A program made the position numbers and the translations under genes. Shown here one piece after another: positions 1-10,654 of a stretch of DNA of 64,000 bases; the first letter of the stretch is position 1; every line of letters starts with the position of its first letter. The notes under the pieces are model-generated. The model searched no databases. It had not been told where the DNA came from and saw only the letters and a list, made by a program, of their open reading frames with translations. The DNA lies in NCBI GenBank assembly GCA_013152085.1, contig JAADHC010000022.1:64345-128344 (forward strand). Reading direction: 5' to 3'. Source of the DNA: Chlorobiota bacterium. Its GTDB lineage: Bacteria; Bacteroidota; Bacteroidia; Bacteroidales; VadinHA17.

Positions 1-1
1 G

Positions 2-109
2 ATGGAAGCCCTGGGAAAAGATGTTGAATCCAAAGCAGAAGAAAAGGCTGATGCAAAAGCTGAAGATGAATCCGAAGAAAAAAGACCGGCTGAAAATAAG
101 GAAGAATAG
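2..109 (+). CDS. 3' end of an upstream CDS (partial; Glu/Lys-rich C-terminal tail)
   Basis: Open frame from the window edge (..EALGKDVESKAEEKADAKAEDESEEKRPAENKEE*) ending at TAG 107-109, 2 nt before the pepF ATG. No function inferable. Confidence 0.3.
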   Translation: MEALGKDVESKAEEKADAKAEDESEEKRPAENKEE

Positions 110-111
110 AT

Positions 112-1842
112 ATGTCCGGAAATCTTAATCCTGGTAAGGCCAGGTTAAAACGACGGTTCCTTCCGGATACTTTTTCTGTTACTGATCTTGATTCCCTGCG
201 CCCGTATTTTACACAACTTCTTGATCGCCAAATAACCACGTTAGAGGATGCGCATCGCTGGCTGGATGATCGCAGTGAACTGAGCTTTGTACTGGAAGAA
301 GAAATGGCGTGGCGTTATATCCGGATGAATTGTCATACCGATAACAATGAATATTCAGAGTCCTTCCGGTATTTTGTAACCGAACTGGAACCACAGATAT
401 CACGTTGGTCTGACCAACTGGATGACAAATGGCTGGGTTTGTCCCTGGTAAGCCGTATGGAAGCTCCGGAAGAAAAAATCGTCATCCGGCAGATCCGGAA
501 CCGGCACGATCTTTTCCGCGAAGAGAATGTCGAAATTCAGGCGGAGTTACAGGTTCTGGAACAGGAATATGGAAAAATCGCTTCTGCCATGACGGTACAT
601 GTCGGCGGGAAGGAACTGACCCTCCAACAGGCGGCAAATTACCTTCGTCAGAATGACAGGGATTTGCGTCGGGAGGTTTTTGATAAGATCGCTGTACGGC
701 GCTTGCAGGACCGGGAGGTTTTACAGGAAAACTTTTCCCTGCTGGTGGAAAAAAGATCCCGGATTGCCCGAAATGCCGGCTTCGATCATTACCGGGATTA
801 TCGTTTCCGTGAGCTTGGAAGATTTGATTATACTACAGAGGAATGCTTTGCTTTTCATGATGCTGTGGCGGCAACCGTCGTTCCCCTGGTAAATGAAATC
901 AATGAAAAACGTAAAAGAAAACTGGGTGTTGACATCCTTCGGCCGTATGATCTGGAAGTTGATCCCCTTAACCGGCCACCGTTACATCCCTTTTCCCGTA
1001 TTGAAGAGCTGGTAGATAAAGCCATAACGGGCCTGAGCCGGATTGATCCCCGTTTTGGCGAATTGCTGGATTATATGAACCGGAACGGATTCCTGGATCT
1101 TGAATCACGTAAGAACAAAGCTCCGGGAGGGTTTAATTATCCGTTGTATGAGCAGAATATCCCGTTCATTTATATGAATGCCACCGGCAATCTCAGGGAT
1201 CTGGAAACGATGTTTCATGAAGGCGGACATGCTGTGCATTCATTCTTAAGCAGCCATTTGAAATGGGTTGAAAACAAAGAACTACCGGCTGAAATTGCAG
1301 AGTTGGCATCCATGTCTATGGAACTTCTTTCCATGGATTACTGGGATTTATGGTTTTCAGATCCTGCCAGTCTGCGTAGGGCAAAGCGCGAACAACTCGA
1401 AGGTATTGTGCGCATATTGCCATGGATTGCTGCCATCGACCGTTTTCAGCATCTTCTCTACACCACACCCGGCCATTCTCCCGAAGAGCGAAACAGAATT
1501 TGGCTTGAAATTATGGATCAGTTTGGTTCGGACATTGTCTCCTGGGACGAATATGATGAATACAGGGCTTTCTACTGGCAGACACAACTTCATCTTTTTG
1601 AAGTCCCCTTTTATTATATCGAATACGGGATTGCACAAATGGGGGCCATAGGCGTGTGGCGGAATTACCGGAACGATCCTGTTACAGCGTTGAAAGCCTA
1701 TAAGAAGGCCTTATCTCTGGGATATACACATCCCGTACCTGAAATTTACCGCAAAGCCGGAATACGGTTTGATTTCAGTCAACCTTATATGCAGGAACTT
1801 ATGGAATTTGTAAAAAAAGAGCTGAACGAGCTGGAAGATTAA
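112..1842 (+). CDS. pepF: Oligoendopeptidase F family, M3B zinc metallopeptidase
   Basis: 576-aa ATG ORF. HExxH zinc site in FHEGGHAVH. Length and overall pattern typical of PepF. Confidence 0.85.
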   Translation: MSGNLNPGKARLKRRFLPDTFSVTDLDSLRPYFTQLLDRQITTLEDAHRWLDDRSELSFVLEEEMAWRYIRMNCHTDNNEYSESFRYFVTELEPQISRWSDQLDDKWLGLSLVSRMEAPEEKIVIRQIRNRHDLFREENVEIQAELQVLEQEYGKIASAMTVHVGGKELTLQQAANYLRQNDRDLRREVFDKIAVRRLQDREVLQENFSLLVEKRSRIARNAGFDHYRDYRFRELGRFDYTTEECFAFHDAVAATVVPLVNEINEKRKRKLGVDILRPYDLEVDPLNRPPLHPFSRIEELVDKAITGLSRIDPRFGELLDYMNRNGFLDLESRKNKAPGGFNYPLYEQNIPFIYMNATGNLRDLETMFHEGGHAVHSFLSSHLKWVENKELPAEIAELASMSMELLSMDYWDLWFSDPASLRRAKREQLEGIVRILPWIAAIDRFQHLLYTTPGHSPEERNRIWLEIMDQFGSDIVSWDEYDEYRAFYWQTQLHLFEVPFYYIEYGIAQMGAIGVWRNYRNDPVTALKAYKKALSLGYTHPVPEIYRKAGIRFDFSQPYMQELMEFVKKELNELED

Positions 1843-2651
1843 GATTTTTCCTCCTGTTCTGCAGCTTTGGTTTGCCGCCAGAGATCTTCCATCTCCTCAA
1901 GGGTCAACGCTTTCAGTTCCGTACCGTTATTTCTGCTGATATCTTCCATCTGCCTGAAACGACGTATAAACTTCCGGTTACTGCGTTCGAGGGCTATTTC
2001 CGGATCCAGGCCGTATAACCTGGCCGCATTGACCAGTGAAAAAAGTAAATCACCGAATTCCAATTCGACATTATCCGGATTCTTGGTTTGCTGATTTTCT
2101 TTCAATGCCTCCTTAACCTCGGTTATTTCTTCCTTAACCTTTTCCCATACTTCACTCTTTTCCGTCCAGTCAAATCCTATACCTCTTACCTTTTCCTGGA
2201 TTCGGAATGCTTTGGTAAGCGCCGGAAGAGACTCGGGGACTCCGGAAAGAACGGAATTTTTTCCTTCTTTCAGTTTCAGCTTTTCCCAGTTTTCCATCAC
2301 CTCACCGGCATTTTTTACCTGGGTTTCTCCATATACATGCGGATGCCTGTAAATGAGTTTGTCACATAATCCGTTGATCATTTCAGCCAGGGTAAAGGCC
2401 TGCTGTTCGCGTGCCAGCCGGGTATAAAATACAATATGCAATAACAGGTCTCCCAGTTCTACCCGTATTTCATTCATATCCTTTTCAACAATGGCACCGG
2501 CAAGTTCGTAAGTCTCTTCAATAGTCAGTTTACGCAATGATTCGAAAGTCTGTTCACGGTCCCAGGGACATTGTTCCCTCAACTCATCCATGATGGTTAC
2601 CAGCCGGTCAAATGCCATGAGATAATCTTTTTCGCTGTCCGTAGTCTTCAT
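1839..2651 (-). CDS. mazG: Nucleoside triphosphate pyrophosphohydrolase MazG
   Basis: 270 aa with tandem MazG-type helices (IEETYELAGAI, ELGDLLLHIVF, EFGDLLFSLVN). ATG start confirmed at 2649-2651. Confidence 0.85.
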   Translation of the reverse strand: MKTTDSEKDYLMAFDRLVTIMDELREQCPWDREQTFESLRKLTIEETYELAGAIVEKDMNEIRVELGDLLLHIVFYTRLAREQQAFTLAEMINGLCDKLIYRHPHVYGETQVKNAGEVMENWEKLKLKEGKNSVLSGVPESLPALTKAFRIQEKVRGIGFDWTEKSEVWEKVKEEITEVKEALKENQQTKNPDNVELEFGDLLFSLVNAARLYGLDPEIALERSNRKFIRRFRQMEDISRNNGTELKALTLEEMEDLWRQTKAAEQEEKS

Positions 2652-2659
2652 ACTGTTTG

Positions 2660-3439
2660 CTAATCTTTAAATTTTACCCGTATGGCCGAATGAATATTAA
2701 GTCCGAGTAATTCGGCGGCATTGCCCTGATAAATCCCGATTTCCAACAGGTCGAGTGAGTTGAATACGGCAAAAATATCTCCCGGGTCGATCTCATGATA
2801 TCCTTTACTGATCCTGGTGATCTGGTAATGATTGCTCCCGGGAAAAATCAGGAAAGATCTTTTCTTGCCAATACGTTCAAATAACTTTTTCTGGATATTG
2901 GTTATCGCATTCCGGTACGAGTCGATATGGATCACACTGCCTGTAATGACCGATTCTTCAATAGCAGCCCTTACAGGTGTCACTTCCAGGTAGGTATCTG
3001 TTAACTCACCGAGTTTTTCGGGTTTTTCTCCAGTAATCAGCGCGGCAGCTAAAGGAATATAATCATCCAACACCGGAAATGTGGAGTCTTTTTTATGCTT
3101 TTTAACTTTATAGACCGCTCCGGGAGTATCGGGAAACATCAAACTGACGAGTCCTGAGTCGGAAAGGATAAAAAAGTGGTTGTTGTTAATGACCAGCAAC
3201 GGTGCATGAGAAGATGTATTACTGTGGCTCAGGACTGAGATGATATGAATGGTTCCGGGCGGAAAATGCCGGTAGGCATTGCGGATAATATAAGCAGCAT
3301 GACGAAGATTAAAAGGAGGAATCTGGTGAGCCAGATCAACTACCGTGGTATCGGGACAGGAAGCATAAATCATCCCTTTTACGGCACCAATGTAAAAGTC
3401 CTGTGTCTGCCAGTCGGTGGTAAGTGTAATAATCTGCAT
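2660..3439 (-). CDS. SAM hydrolase / SAM-dependent halogenase family protein (DUF62)
   Basis: Family-typical N-terminus MQIITLTTDWQTQDFYIGAVKGMI begins at the internal ATG 3437-3439. The 50 aa upstream in the tracked ORF overlap the phoH start region and look non-coding. Lies 8 nt upstream of mazG on the same strand. Confidence 0.75.
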   Translation of the reverse strand: MQIITLTTDWQTQDFYIGAVKGMIYASCPDTTVVDLAHQIPPFNLRHAAYIIRNAYRHFPPGTIHIISVLSHSNTSSHAPLLVINNNHFFILSDSGLVSLMFPDTPGAVYKVKKHKKDSTFPVLDDYIPLAAALITGEKPEKLGELTDTYLEVTPVRAAIEESVITGSVIHIDSYRNAITNIQKKLFERIGKKRSFLIFPGSNHYQITRISKGYHEIDPGDIFAVFNSLDLLEIGIYQGNAAELLGLNIHSAIRVKFKD

Positions 3440-3527
3440 GAACGGAAAAAATAGCTGAAAAATATGACCGTCAGAAAAAATAAACTTATTTTGCAGGAAC
3501 AAATGTAATAATAACTTACAAATCTTA

Positions 3528-4526
3528 ATGCCGGAAAAAATTATATCTCTTGAAGGGGCAGACCCGCGTGAACTTTTTGGACCACACAATAGTTTGCTGG
3601 AACGGATAAAACAGGCATTTCCAAAGCTGAAGATTATTGCCCGTGGTAATGAACTTAAGGTTGTCGGAGATCAGGCGGAAATATCCCGTTTCGAACAACA
3701 CGTCCGTTCGTTTCTCAAACATCTGGATGAATTTAACCGGATTACCGGGGAGGATATTGATAATCTTTTGGTTAACAATGTACCCCGGACGGACGGTCAG
3801 GACAATAAGGAACAGGTAATTATTCACGGTATCGACGGTCGTCCCATACGGGCGAGGACAGCAAATCAGGCCCGCCTGGTGCAGGAGCAGGAAAAACATG
3901 ACCTGGTACTGGCAATTGGCCCTGCCGGGACGGGCAAGACCTATACGGCTATTGCCCTTGCAGTCAAAGCGCTGAAAAATAAACAGGTTAAACGGATCAT
4001 TCTAACACGGCCCGCAGTGGAGGCTGGCGAACACCTGGGATTTCTGCCCGGTGATGTGCGGGAAAAACTGGACCCTTATCTCCAGCCTTTGTATGATGCG
4101 CTGCGGGATATGATCCATTATAAAAAGCTAAGCACTTACCTGGAGGATGAAACCATACAGATTGCTCCCCTTGCATTTATGCGGGGACGTACCCTGGAGA
4201 ATGCCTTTGTTATTTTGGATGAGGGTCAGAATGCTACCGTTAATCAGCTTAAAATGTTTCTTACCCGGATGGGAATGAATGCCAAATTTATTGTTACCGG
4301 AGATATTACACAGATCGACCTTCCCGGAAAACACCAGTCGGGTCTGCTGCAGGCTATACACATCCTGGAGCCGGTATCCGGAGTATCCATTGTTTATTTT
4401 GGAACTGAGGATATTGTCAGGCATCCGCTTGTCAGGGATATTGTAAATGCCTACGGGCGTGAAAATGACAACGGAGGAAACAATGCAGATGAAGACAAAA
4501 GTGAAAATGAAAATACCAAAAACTGA
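3528..4526 (+). CDS. phoH: PhoH-like ATPase
   Basis: 332 aa with Walker A GPAGTGKTY. ILDEGQN and TGDITQIDLP motifs typical of PhoH/YbeZ. Confidence 0.9.
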   Translation: MPEKIISLEGADPRELFGPHNSLLERIKQAFPKLKIIARGNELKVVGDQAEISRFEQHVRSFLKHLDEFNRITGEDIDNLLVNNVPRTDGQDNKEQVIIHGIDGRPIRARTANQARLVQEQEKHDLVLAIGPAGTGKTYTAIALAVKALKNKQVKRIILTRPAVEAGEHLGFLPGDVREKLDPYLQPLYDALRDMIHYKKLSTYLEDETIQIAPLAFMRGRTLENAFVILDEGQNATVNQLKMFLTRMGMNAKFIVTGDITQIDLPGKHQSGLLQAIHILEPVSGVSIVYFGTEDIVRHPLVRDIVNAYGRENDNGGNNADEDKSENENTKN

Positions 4527-4532
4527 AATAGA

Positions 4533-5483
4533 ATGACAGAAGCCATATTGCACTCCGGATTCCATTTCCCGGGACAGACGGAAAAATATGAAGGTAAGGT
4601 ACGGGACACTTACACTATTGACGGAAAATATCTCGTGATGGTCGTTACTGACCGTATTTCTGCTTTTGACGTAATCCTCCCCCGGGGGATCCCTTTTAAG
4701 GGACAGGTGCTTAACCTGATTGCAGCAAGGTTTCTGGATGCTACCAGTGATATTATTCCCAACTGGAAGATTGAAGTTCCCCATCCGAATGTAATGATCG
4801 GACGAAAGGCTGAACCCTTTATGGTGGAGATGGTCGTCCGGGGATATCTTACCGGCCATGCCTGGCGGGAATATCGGGATGGAAAAAGAGAACTTTGCGG
4901 TGTCCCGTTGCCCGAAGGTATGCGTGAGCATCAGAAGTTCCCGGAACCGGTAATTACACCTACTACCAAAGCGGTAACGGGTCACGATGAAGATATCTCA
5001 CAGGAAGAAATTGTAGCGCAGGGCCTTCTTTCATCCGACGAAATGAAGAAATTGTCCGCACTTTCCCTGGATTTGTTCCGGAGAGGAACAGAACTGGCTG
5101 CCCGCAAAGGTCTGATACTGGTAGATACCAAATATGAGTTTGGTAAGGTTGACGGGGAGATAGTGTTGATTGATGAAATACATACCCCCGACTCATCACG
5201 TTATTTTTATACTGACGGTTATCAGGAGAGATTTGATAAAGGTGAAAACCAGAAACAGCTTTCAAAAGAGTTCGTCCGGGAATGGCTTATTCAACAAGGG
5301 TTCCATGGTCAGGAAGGTAAATCCGTCCCGAATATGTCCGATGAATTTGTGCTGGCGGTTTCTGACAGATACATCGAACTCTATGAGAAAATTACGGGAG
5401 AACCTTTTCAACGTGGAGATCTGAAAGATATTTCCGGCTCAATTGAGGAAGCTGTCAATCTTACATTGAAAAAGTTACGGTAA
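4533..5483 (+). CDS. purC: Phosphoribosylaminoimidazole-succinocarboxamide synthase (SAICAR synthetase)
   Basis: 316 aa, long-form PurC pattern (GKVRDTY..., [20 protein letters not shown]). Confidence 0.9.
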   Translation: MTEAILHSGFHFPGQTEKYEGKVRDTYTIDGKYLVMVVTDRISAFDVILPRGIPFKGQVLNLIAARFLDATSDIIPNWKIEVPHPNVMIGRKAEPFMVEMVVRGYLTGHAWREYRDGKRELCGVPLPEGMREHQKFPEPVITPTTKAVTGHDEDISQEEIVAQGLLSSDEMKKLSALSLDLFRRGTELAARKGLILVDTKYEFGKVDGEIVLIDEIHTPDSSRYFYTDGYQERFDKGENQKQLSKEFVREWLIQQGFHGQEGKSVPNMSDEFVLAVSDRYIELYEKITGEPFQRGDLKDISGSIEEAVNLTLKKLR

Positions 5484-5627
5484 GCCAAAAGCAGGGAAAC
5501 CCTCATGTATCCGTATCTGACTTTTGTGGAATAACAGGTCGGATCATTTTACCGAACAGATTTATATTTATAATATGCATAAATCCTGCACTGATTCTGC
5601 ATCAGTCTTTCAAGAAAACCGTTTGGT

Positions 5628-6686
5628 TTACAGAGTATACCGATTAATCAATTGTTGGATATGCTGTTCGATTTGATCAAGTTCTGTAAAGGGTTTTTCC
5701 GCAAAGATTTTTTTTTGTCTTACCTCCTCAAGGCTTTCGGGCTGGCCGGGATGATAACGGAGTTGTGTTTCGGTAACCCCCATAATGACGGGCATTTCTT
5801 CAAAAACAAAACCGTAAACTTTGCCGAGAACTTCGGCTTTCTTATCCTGGATCCCCAGGAAATCAAGCGCACATAAAAAAGATTCCTGTTCTTCAAAACC
5901 GCGTACTTTATTAAAGTACTGATCTTTTCTTTTATGAAAATCCCCGATCTGTGCGGGATCCAAAACGCGGGCCATATCCATGGCAAACTCTAAAAAACGG
6001 TAGGTAAGGTAATCGCTTTGTTCTTTACGGCTTTTACCCCTGGCGGCAATATTTGCGGCAGAACGGAACCATCTCCGTTGCATACGTATCAGTAGCGAGC
6101 GGTTGATACCGGTATCCCAGAAAGTTTTCGCTCGTTGAAGGTATTCCCTGGCTTTGTGCATTTCTCCTTCATTCCCATAAAAATCACCAAGTTTTATCAG
6201 GTGATAATAGGTGTCGGCTGAAGGAGGATGTTCCCGCAGGAAATTTTCCAGGTATGCAATGGCTTCCCTGCGGTTTTTTACTTCAATCAGTTCAGCCATG
6301 GTAATATGCAGGTTCAGAAAATAAGGATCTGCCGCGGGGATTTTTCTCAGAATATCTACCAGATAATCATATGTGGAAGAGTAAGTCTCTTCCGTATCTT
6401 TTTTCATATAAGGAATCAACTTATTTATACAGGTAACCAATGCCGTATTTTCCTGCTGCAGGTAAATTCCGGCCAGATCTTTTAAAAAATGAACAGCTTC
6501 GGTATATCCTTTTTCTCTGCGGATACCGGTTGCCTGGATCATTAAACGGTGTACATCCGCATCCGGACGGCGTGGCCGGGTATGTGACACAGCGGGACCC
6601 AGATCAAGGGTCGGTTCCGTACTGGCTTTAGTGTTCCCGCTATGACGAACATTTCCTGAAAACCACTTTCTTAAGAATTCAAGCAT
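5628..6686 (-). CDS. Hypothetical protein, predicted all-helical (TPR-like repeats possible)
   Basis: 352-aa ATG ORF flanked by intergenic DNA on both sides. No motif I recognise. Helix-rich composition. Confidence 0.55.
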   Translation of the reverse strand: MLEFLRKWFSGNVRHSGNTKASTEPTLDLGPAVSHTRPRRPDADVHRLMIQATGIRREKGYTEAVHFLKDLAGIYLQQENTALVTCINKLIPYMKKDTEETYSSTYDYLVDILRKIPAADPYFLNLHITMAELIEVKNRREAIAYLENFLREHPPSADTYYHLIKLGDFYGNEGEMHKAREYLQRAKTFWDTGINRSLLIRMQRRWFRSAANIAARGKSRKEQSDYLTYRFLEFAMDMARVLDPAQIGDFHKRKDQYFNKVRGFEEQESFLCALDFLGIQDKKAEVLGKVYGFVFEEMPVIMGVTETQLRYHPGQPESLEEVRQKKIFAEKPFTELDQIEQHIQQLINRYTL

Positions 6687-6834
6687 AGTATATATCTTCT
6701 TTATGGCTCCTTAAAATACAAATAAATTCCTGATTAATCAAACCTTATCATCAATCGGTGTCAGCAATATTTCCCGGGGATTAACGTTTATCCATATTTA
6801 ATCTTACCGGCTATGGCAAAGACAAAGAATTTGT

Positions 6835-6842
6835 TACCTTTG
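6835..6842 (+). promoter_or_regulatory. Bacteroidota-type -7 promoter box TACCTTTG
   Basis: Exact TAnnTTTG match 41 nt upstream of the ATG at 6883. Confidence 0.4.
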
Positions 6843-6882
6843 TAGTAACCAAATATTTCATAAGTAATTGATAATTAGAGTA

Positions 6883-8835
6883 ATGCCAAGACGTGTCCGG
6901 TTTCTTTTTGTGTTGTTAGGTCTCGTTGTTTTGAGCACTTATTCTCAACAGGTTCCTGTGCCTGTTGAAAAATCAAATGAAAAGGTCATCATCGAGGGAA
7001 AAATTTATTTTATCCATGTGGTGAAACCGGGACAGACATTGTACGGGATAAGCCGGGCATACCATGTGTCAGAGAAAGTAATCTCGGCAGAAAACCCGGT
7101 TTTGGTTACAGGATTGCAACCCGGCCAGGTGTTGAAAATCCCTTTTGTCCGGGATATTAAGCAGAATGAAGAGGTCAGGGATACGGAGAAATACATTTAT
7201 CATACACTGGTTGAAGGAGAAACGCTTTATTTCCTTTCCAAAAAATATAATGTCCGGGTAGATGAAATCATGTCGGGTAATCCGGAACTGCAAATTGATG
7301 ATATTCCCGTAGGGACGGTTATAAAAATCCCTAAACAGCAAATTGCGCCTAAACGTGAATCCTTTGCGCAACAGCCGGAACATTTCAAATATCACCGGGT
7401 GAAAAAGGGCGAAACATTGTATGCTATTGCCCGGATGTACAAATTGTCTGTAAGGGATATACGAAAAGTGAACAAAGGAATCCGAAATCAGCTTAAACCC
7501 GGCGAATTTATTAGAATCCCTGTAATTTCACCGGAGGAACAGGCTTCCGGTAAACCGGAAAAACAAGGAATGCCGGTTACGGGTTCGGGAACGGTGCCTT
7601 GTGATTCCCTGCCGGGAACGTTTCGTTACCATGACGGACAGGTAGTCGTTATGCTGCCGTTATTTATTCGTGAGAATGCTGAACGTTTTTACATTGATTC
7701 CTCCGAAGTAAATCCCGAGACCGGGAAAAAGATCAGGAAAGTAATTTACCGGGATGCCAACTGGATCTATCCTCCCAGCAAAACTTTTCTTGAGTTTTAC
7801 GAAGGGGTAAAGCTGGCTGCCGAAGATCTTTCCGAAAAGGGGGCAACATTGTCTGTTGCGGTCTATGATACCCGCCGTAACCCGGCTACTGTTGATTCGC
7901 TGATTGGTGCAGGAGTATTGGATCATGCCGATTTGATTATCGGCCCTGTGTATCCGTTTAATGTTTCCCAGGTAGCTGAATATGCCCGGCAACGAAGTAT
8001 TCCCATGGTTTCTCCATTATCGAGGAATGCCGGTTTTCTCCGTTTTAATCCGTGGGCAATACAGATCAGGCCTTCCGGGTTGGCAGAGCAAAAGGTAATG
8101 GCTCAATATATTGCCCGGAACTACCAGGATAACATTGTCCTTGTACATACGCTGGACAGTACCCGTTATCATGAAATTACGCAGATAAAATCATTTCTCA
8201 CCGAGGATGTATCGGAATATACTTATCCCGAAGATGTAAGCATCAAGGAGGTTTATCTTCCTGAAATTATTTCACCCAGAGATACGGTAAATACCCTTGA
8301 ACTGGCTTTAAAAAAGGATATGCGGAATATCGTGTGGGTAGTCTCAGACAGGGAAAGTTTTGTAAGCGAAATTGTCTCCCGGCTAAATTCCATGTCCCGT
8401 AATTATGATATCAGTCTTTATGGTAACAGCTCGTGGCTTTATTTTGTAAATATCCAGCCGGACTATTTTTTTAATCTGCACTTACAAGTGTTTACTCCAA
8501 GATTTATAAATTACAAGGATTCTGTTCAGGTGTCTTTTTTACGAAAATTCAGAAGAAATTATTACACGGATCCGGATATATACAGTCTTGCCTGGGACGG
8601 ATATGATATTACCTGGTATTTTTTATCAGCCTGGTCGCTTTATGGTAAACAGTTGCCTGAATGTATTCCCTCATGGCATCCACAGCTTACAACCACATCC
8701 TATTGGTTTAAACGTACCGGATGGTTCAGTGGCCTGATGAATACTCATTTCTCCCTTGTCAGGTATGATGATCATTTTATGATCAACCATATTCCCTGGA
8801 CAGATGATAAGCGCCTGACGGATCCGGTTCCTTAA
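6883..8835 (+). CDS. LysM-repeat protein fused to a type-1 periplasmic-binding-protein-like domain
   Basis: Signal peptide, then three LysM repeats (HVVKPGQTLYGISRAY, HTLVEGETLYFLSKKY, HRVKKGETLYAIARMY), then a ~400-aa PBP1/ANF-receptor-like C-terminus. The tracked start 6868 is TTG, so I use the in-frame ATG at 6883. Confidence 0.75.
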   Translation: MPRRVRFLFVLLGLVVLSTYSQQVPVPVEKSNEKVIIEGKIYFIHVVKPGQTLYGISRAYHVSEKVISAENPVLVTGLQPGQVLKIPFVRDIKQNEEVRDTEKYIYHTLVEGETLYFLSKKYNVRVDEIMSGNPELQIDDIPVGTVIKIPKQQIAPKRESFAQQPEHFKYHRVKKGETLYAIARMYKLSVRDIRKVNKGIRNQLKPGEFIRIPVISPEEQASGKPEKQGMPVTGSGTVPCDSLPGTFRYHDGQVVVMLPLFIRENAERFYIDSSEVNPETGKKIRKVIYRDANWIYPPSKTFLEFYEGVKLAAEDLSEKGATLSVAVYDTRRNPATVDSLIGAGVLDHADLIIGPVYPFNVSQVAEYARQRSIPMVSPLSRNAGFLRFNPWAIQIRPSGLAEQKVMAQYIARNYQDNIVLVHTLDSTRYHEITQIKSFLTEDVSEYTYPEDVSIKEVYLPEIISPRDTVNTLELALKKDMRNIVWVVSDRESFVSEIVSRLNSMSRNYDISLYGNSSWLYFVNIQPDYFFNLHLQVFTPRFINYKDSVQVSFLRKFRRNYYTDPDIYSLAWDGYDITWYFLSAWSLYGKQLPECIPSWHPQLTTTSYWFKRTGWFSGLMNTHFSLVRYDDHFMINHIPWTDDKRLTDPVP

Positions 8836-8884
8836 GCATTTGTTTTTATGGTTAACAGGCATAGTGGTAAAAGCATTGAAAAAT

Positions 8885-9919
8885 CTACAGACGCACGGCG
8901 AGGGCCAGAAACCCGAAAACAGCCCCAACGGTCATATTGATAAGTTTAACGTAAACAAATTGTAAGCGGGATTCAGCCAATAATGGCAGCGTTCCATGTC
9001 CGTCCTGTACAACAGAGCTGGTCAGTAAAACACTGAAAGGGATCGCCCCCTGGGCAAAGAGGGTTACGAAAATCAGATGAGGGCCTGATTCCGGAATGAT
9101 CCCGATCAATATTGCAAGAACGATCATATAGGCCGGATTAGCACGTATCCAGTGATTGATATCGATAAATTGTCCGGCTAACAGCAGAAAAATAAATGTT
9201 CCCCATGTCCAGAGAAAGATACGCAAAAGGTGTTTCCGGACAACATGATCCCACAAATGTTTGCTTAGAAAATGGTCGGGAACGGTAGCAATAATAAAAA
9301 TAGTAACGGAGAGCAGAATTACAAAAGTAACTTTTACCCAGTTCCATTTTCCCGGACCGATTTCACCGGCAATCAGGAAAATAAGGTAGATGAGAAACCC
9401 CAGCAGCATTAACACTCTTTCAGTGGTTATATTGTGTAACTGTTGCTTTAATGTTTTAAGATTCAGGCATGTGCAGCCTTCAAATCCTTTGTGGAGCTCC
9501 AGTTGCCCACGTACCGGAAACCGTGCAGGTCGTTTTTTTTCATAGGCCAGAAGCAAGAATCCGACAGCTATCCCGATAAGGAAGGTTATGCCGATGATGA
9601 TTAAACCGGTTTTCGGAATCATCGCCAGCATAACGAAAGCTTCGTCACCTGCCGTGGCAATCATCACCGTGACCAAAGATGAAAAGCTTACGATTCCATG
9701 TGTATAAAAAGATACGACGGTAAAAGCACCGATACATCCTGGTGTGGCTCCCAGCAATGCGGAGATCAGGATCTGTATCCAACCCTTCTTCTTAAGAGCA
9801 TTGGTCCAGCGGCCTGTGGTTTGCACATGGATATATTCCACTACCAGCAGTATAATCAATACAAAACTGGTAATGGTTAATGCCTCCTTAAATGTTCCGA
9901 AAAAGGACTGAAACGTCAT
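8885..9919 (-). CDS. Polytopic (~10 TM) membrane protein, putative heavy-metal exporter family (ArsP_2/DUF2899-like)
   Basis: 344 aa, about 10 hydrophobic helices. Family assignment is from memory of similar Bacteroidota proteins and is not verified. Lies 11 nt downstream of gpmA on the same strand. Confidence 0.5.
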   Translation of the reverse strand: MTFQSFFGTFKEALTITSFVLIILLVVEYIHVQTTGRWTNALKKKGWIQILISALLGATPGCIGAFTVVSFYTHGIVSFSSLVTVMIATAGDEAFVMLAMIPKTGLIIIGITFLIGIAVGFLLLAYEKKRPARFPVRGQLELHKGFEGCTCLNLKTLKQQLHNITTERVLMLLGFLIYLIFLIAGEIGPGKWNWVKVTFVILLSVTIFIIATVPDHFLSKHLWDHVVRKHLLRIFLWTWGTFIFLLLAGQFIDINHWIRANPAYMIVLAILIGIIPESGPHLIFVTLFAQGAIPFSVLLTSSVVQDGHGTLPLLAESRLQFVYVKLINMTVGAVFGFLALAVRL

Positions 9920-9930
9920 GAATCAGCGAA

Positions 9931-10611
9931 TTATATTTCCACTTTTTGTAAGGATGTTCCGGTATAGTCGTATAAAATGGGTTTTCCTGTGGGAATTTCC
10001 AGACCCAGGACCTCAGCTTCGGTGAGGTTTTCCAGGTACATGACAATCGAACGCAGGCTGTTGCCATGTGCTGCTACAAAAACCTCCTGATTCTCTTTAA
10101 GCCGGGGTAGGATGTTGTCCTTGAAAAAGGGGATGGTCCTGGCTGCAGTGTCTTTCAGACTCTCACCGTTTGGCGGGGGGACATCATAACTCCGGCGCCA
10201 CAGATGTACCTGTTCATCCCCATACTGTTCAGCCGTTTTGGCTTTATTTTTTCCCTGGAGTTCACCATAGTATCGCTCGTTAAGATGCCAGTCACGGATT
10301 ACCGGTATAACAGCTTGTTCCATATTGTCATCATAAATTTTCGCCCATGCACTTTCCTTTCCCTCTTCATTATGAATGATTACCGGTAAGCGGTCACTTT
10401 GGTTGTATGCCATGCAGATCATAGCCGTTTCCATTGCCCTGACCAGTGTTGATGTGAAAATGATATCAAAGGAGAAATCCTGCAGCTGTTCCCCTGCCTT
10501 TTTAGCTTCGGTAATGCCCTGCGTTGAGAGCGGAACATCTACCCATCCCGTAAAAACATTCATTTTGTTCCATACGGATTCTCCGTGTCGGAGTAATACG
10601 AGTTTTGCCAT
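9931..10611 (-). CDS. gpmA: 2,3-bisphosphoglycerate-dependent phosphoglycerate mutase
   Basis: 226 aa. Catalytic LLRHGESVWN motif near the N-terminus and HGNSLR near the C-terminus. Confidence 0.9.
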   Translation of the reverse strand: MAKLVLLRHGESVWNKMNVFTGWVDVPLSTQGITEAKKAGEQLQDFSFDIIFTSTLVRAMETAMICMAYNQSDRLPVIIHNEEGKESAWAKIYDDNMEQAVIPVIRDWHLNERYYGELQGKNKAKTAEQYGDEQVHLWRRSYDVPPPNGESLKDTAARTIPFFKDNILPRLKENQEVFVAAHGNSLRSIVMYLENLTEAEVLGLEIPTGKPILYDYTGTSLQKVEI

Positions 10612-10631
10612 AATTTTTTTATTTGATCATG

Positions 10632-10639
10632 CAAAAGTA
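10632..10639 (-). promoter_or_regulatory. -7 promoter box TACTTTTG (minus strand) for gpmA
   Basis: Plus-strand CAAAAGTA is the reverse complement of TACTTTTG, an exact TAnnTTTG match 21 nt upstream of the gpmA ATG. Confidence 0.4.
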
Positions 10640-10654
10640 ATGAAAAAATATTTG

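Noticed and set aside
3440-3589. 50-aa N-terminal extension of the DUF62 ORF
   Set aside because: The family-typical N-terminus starts at ATG 3439. The extension overlaps the phoH start and the divergent promoter region.
4128-4985. 285-aa minus-strand ORF spanning the phoH/purC junction
   Set aside because: Entirely antisense to two well-supported genes. Low-complexity sequence with no motifs. Typical shadow ORF.
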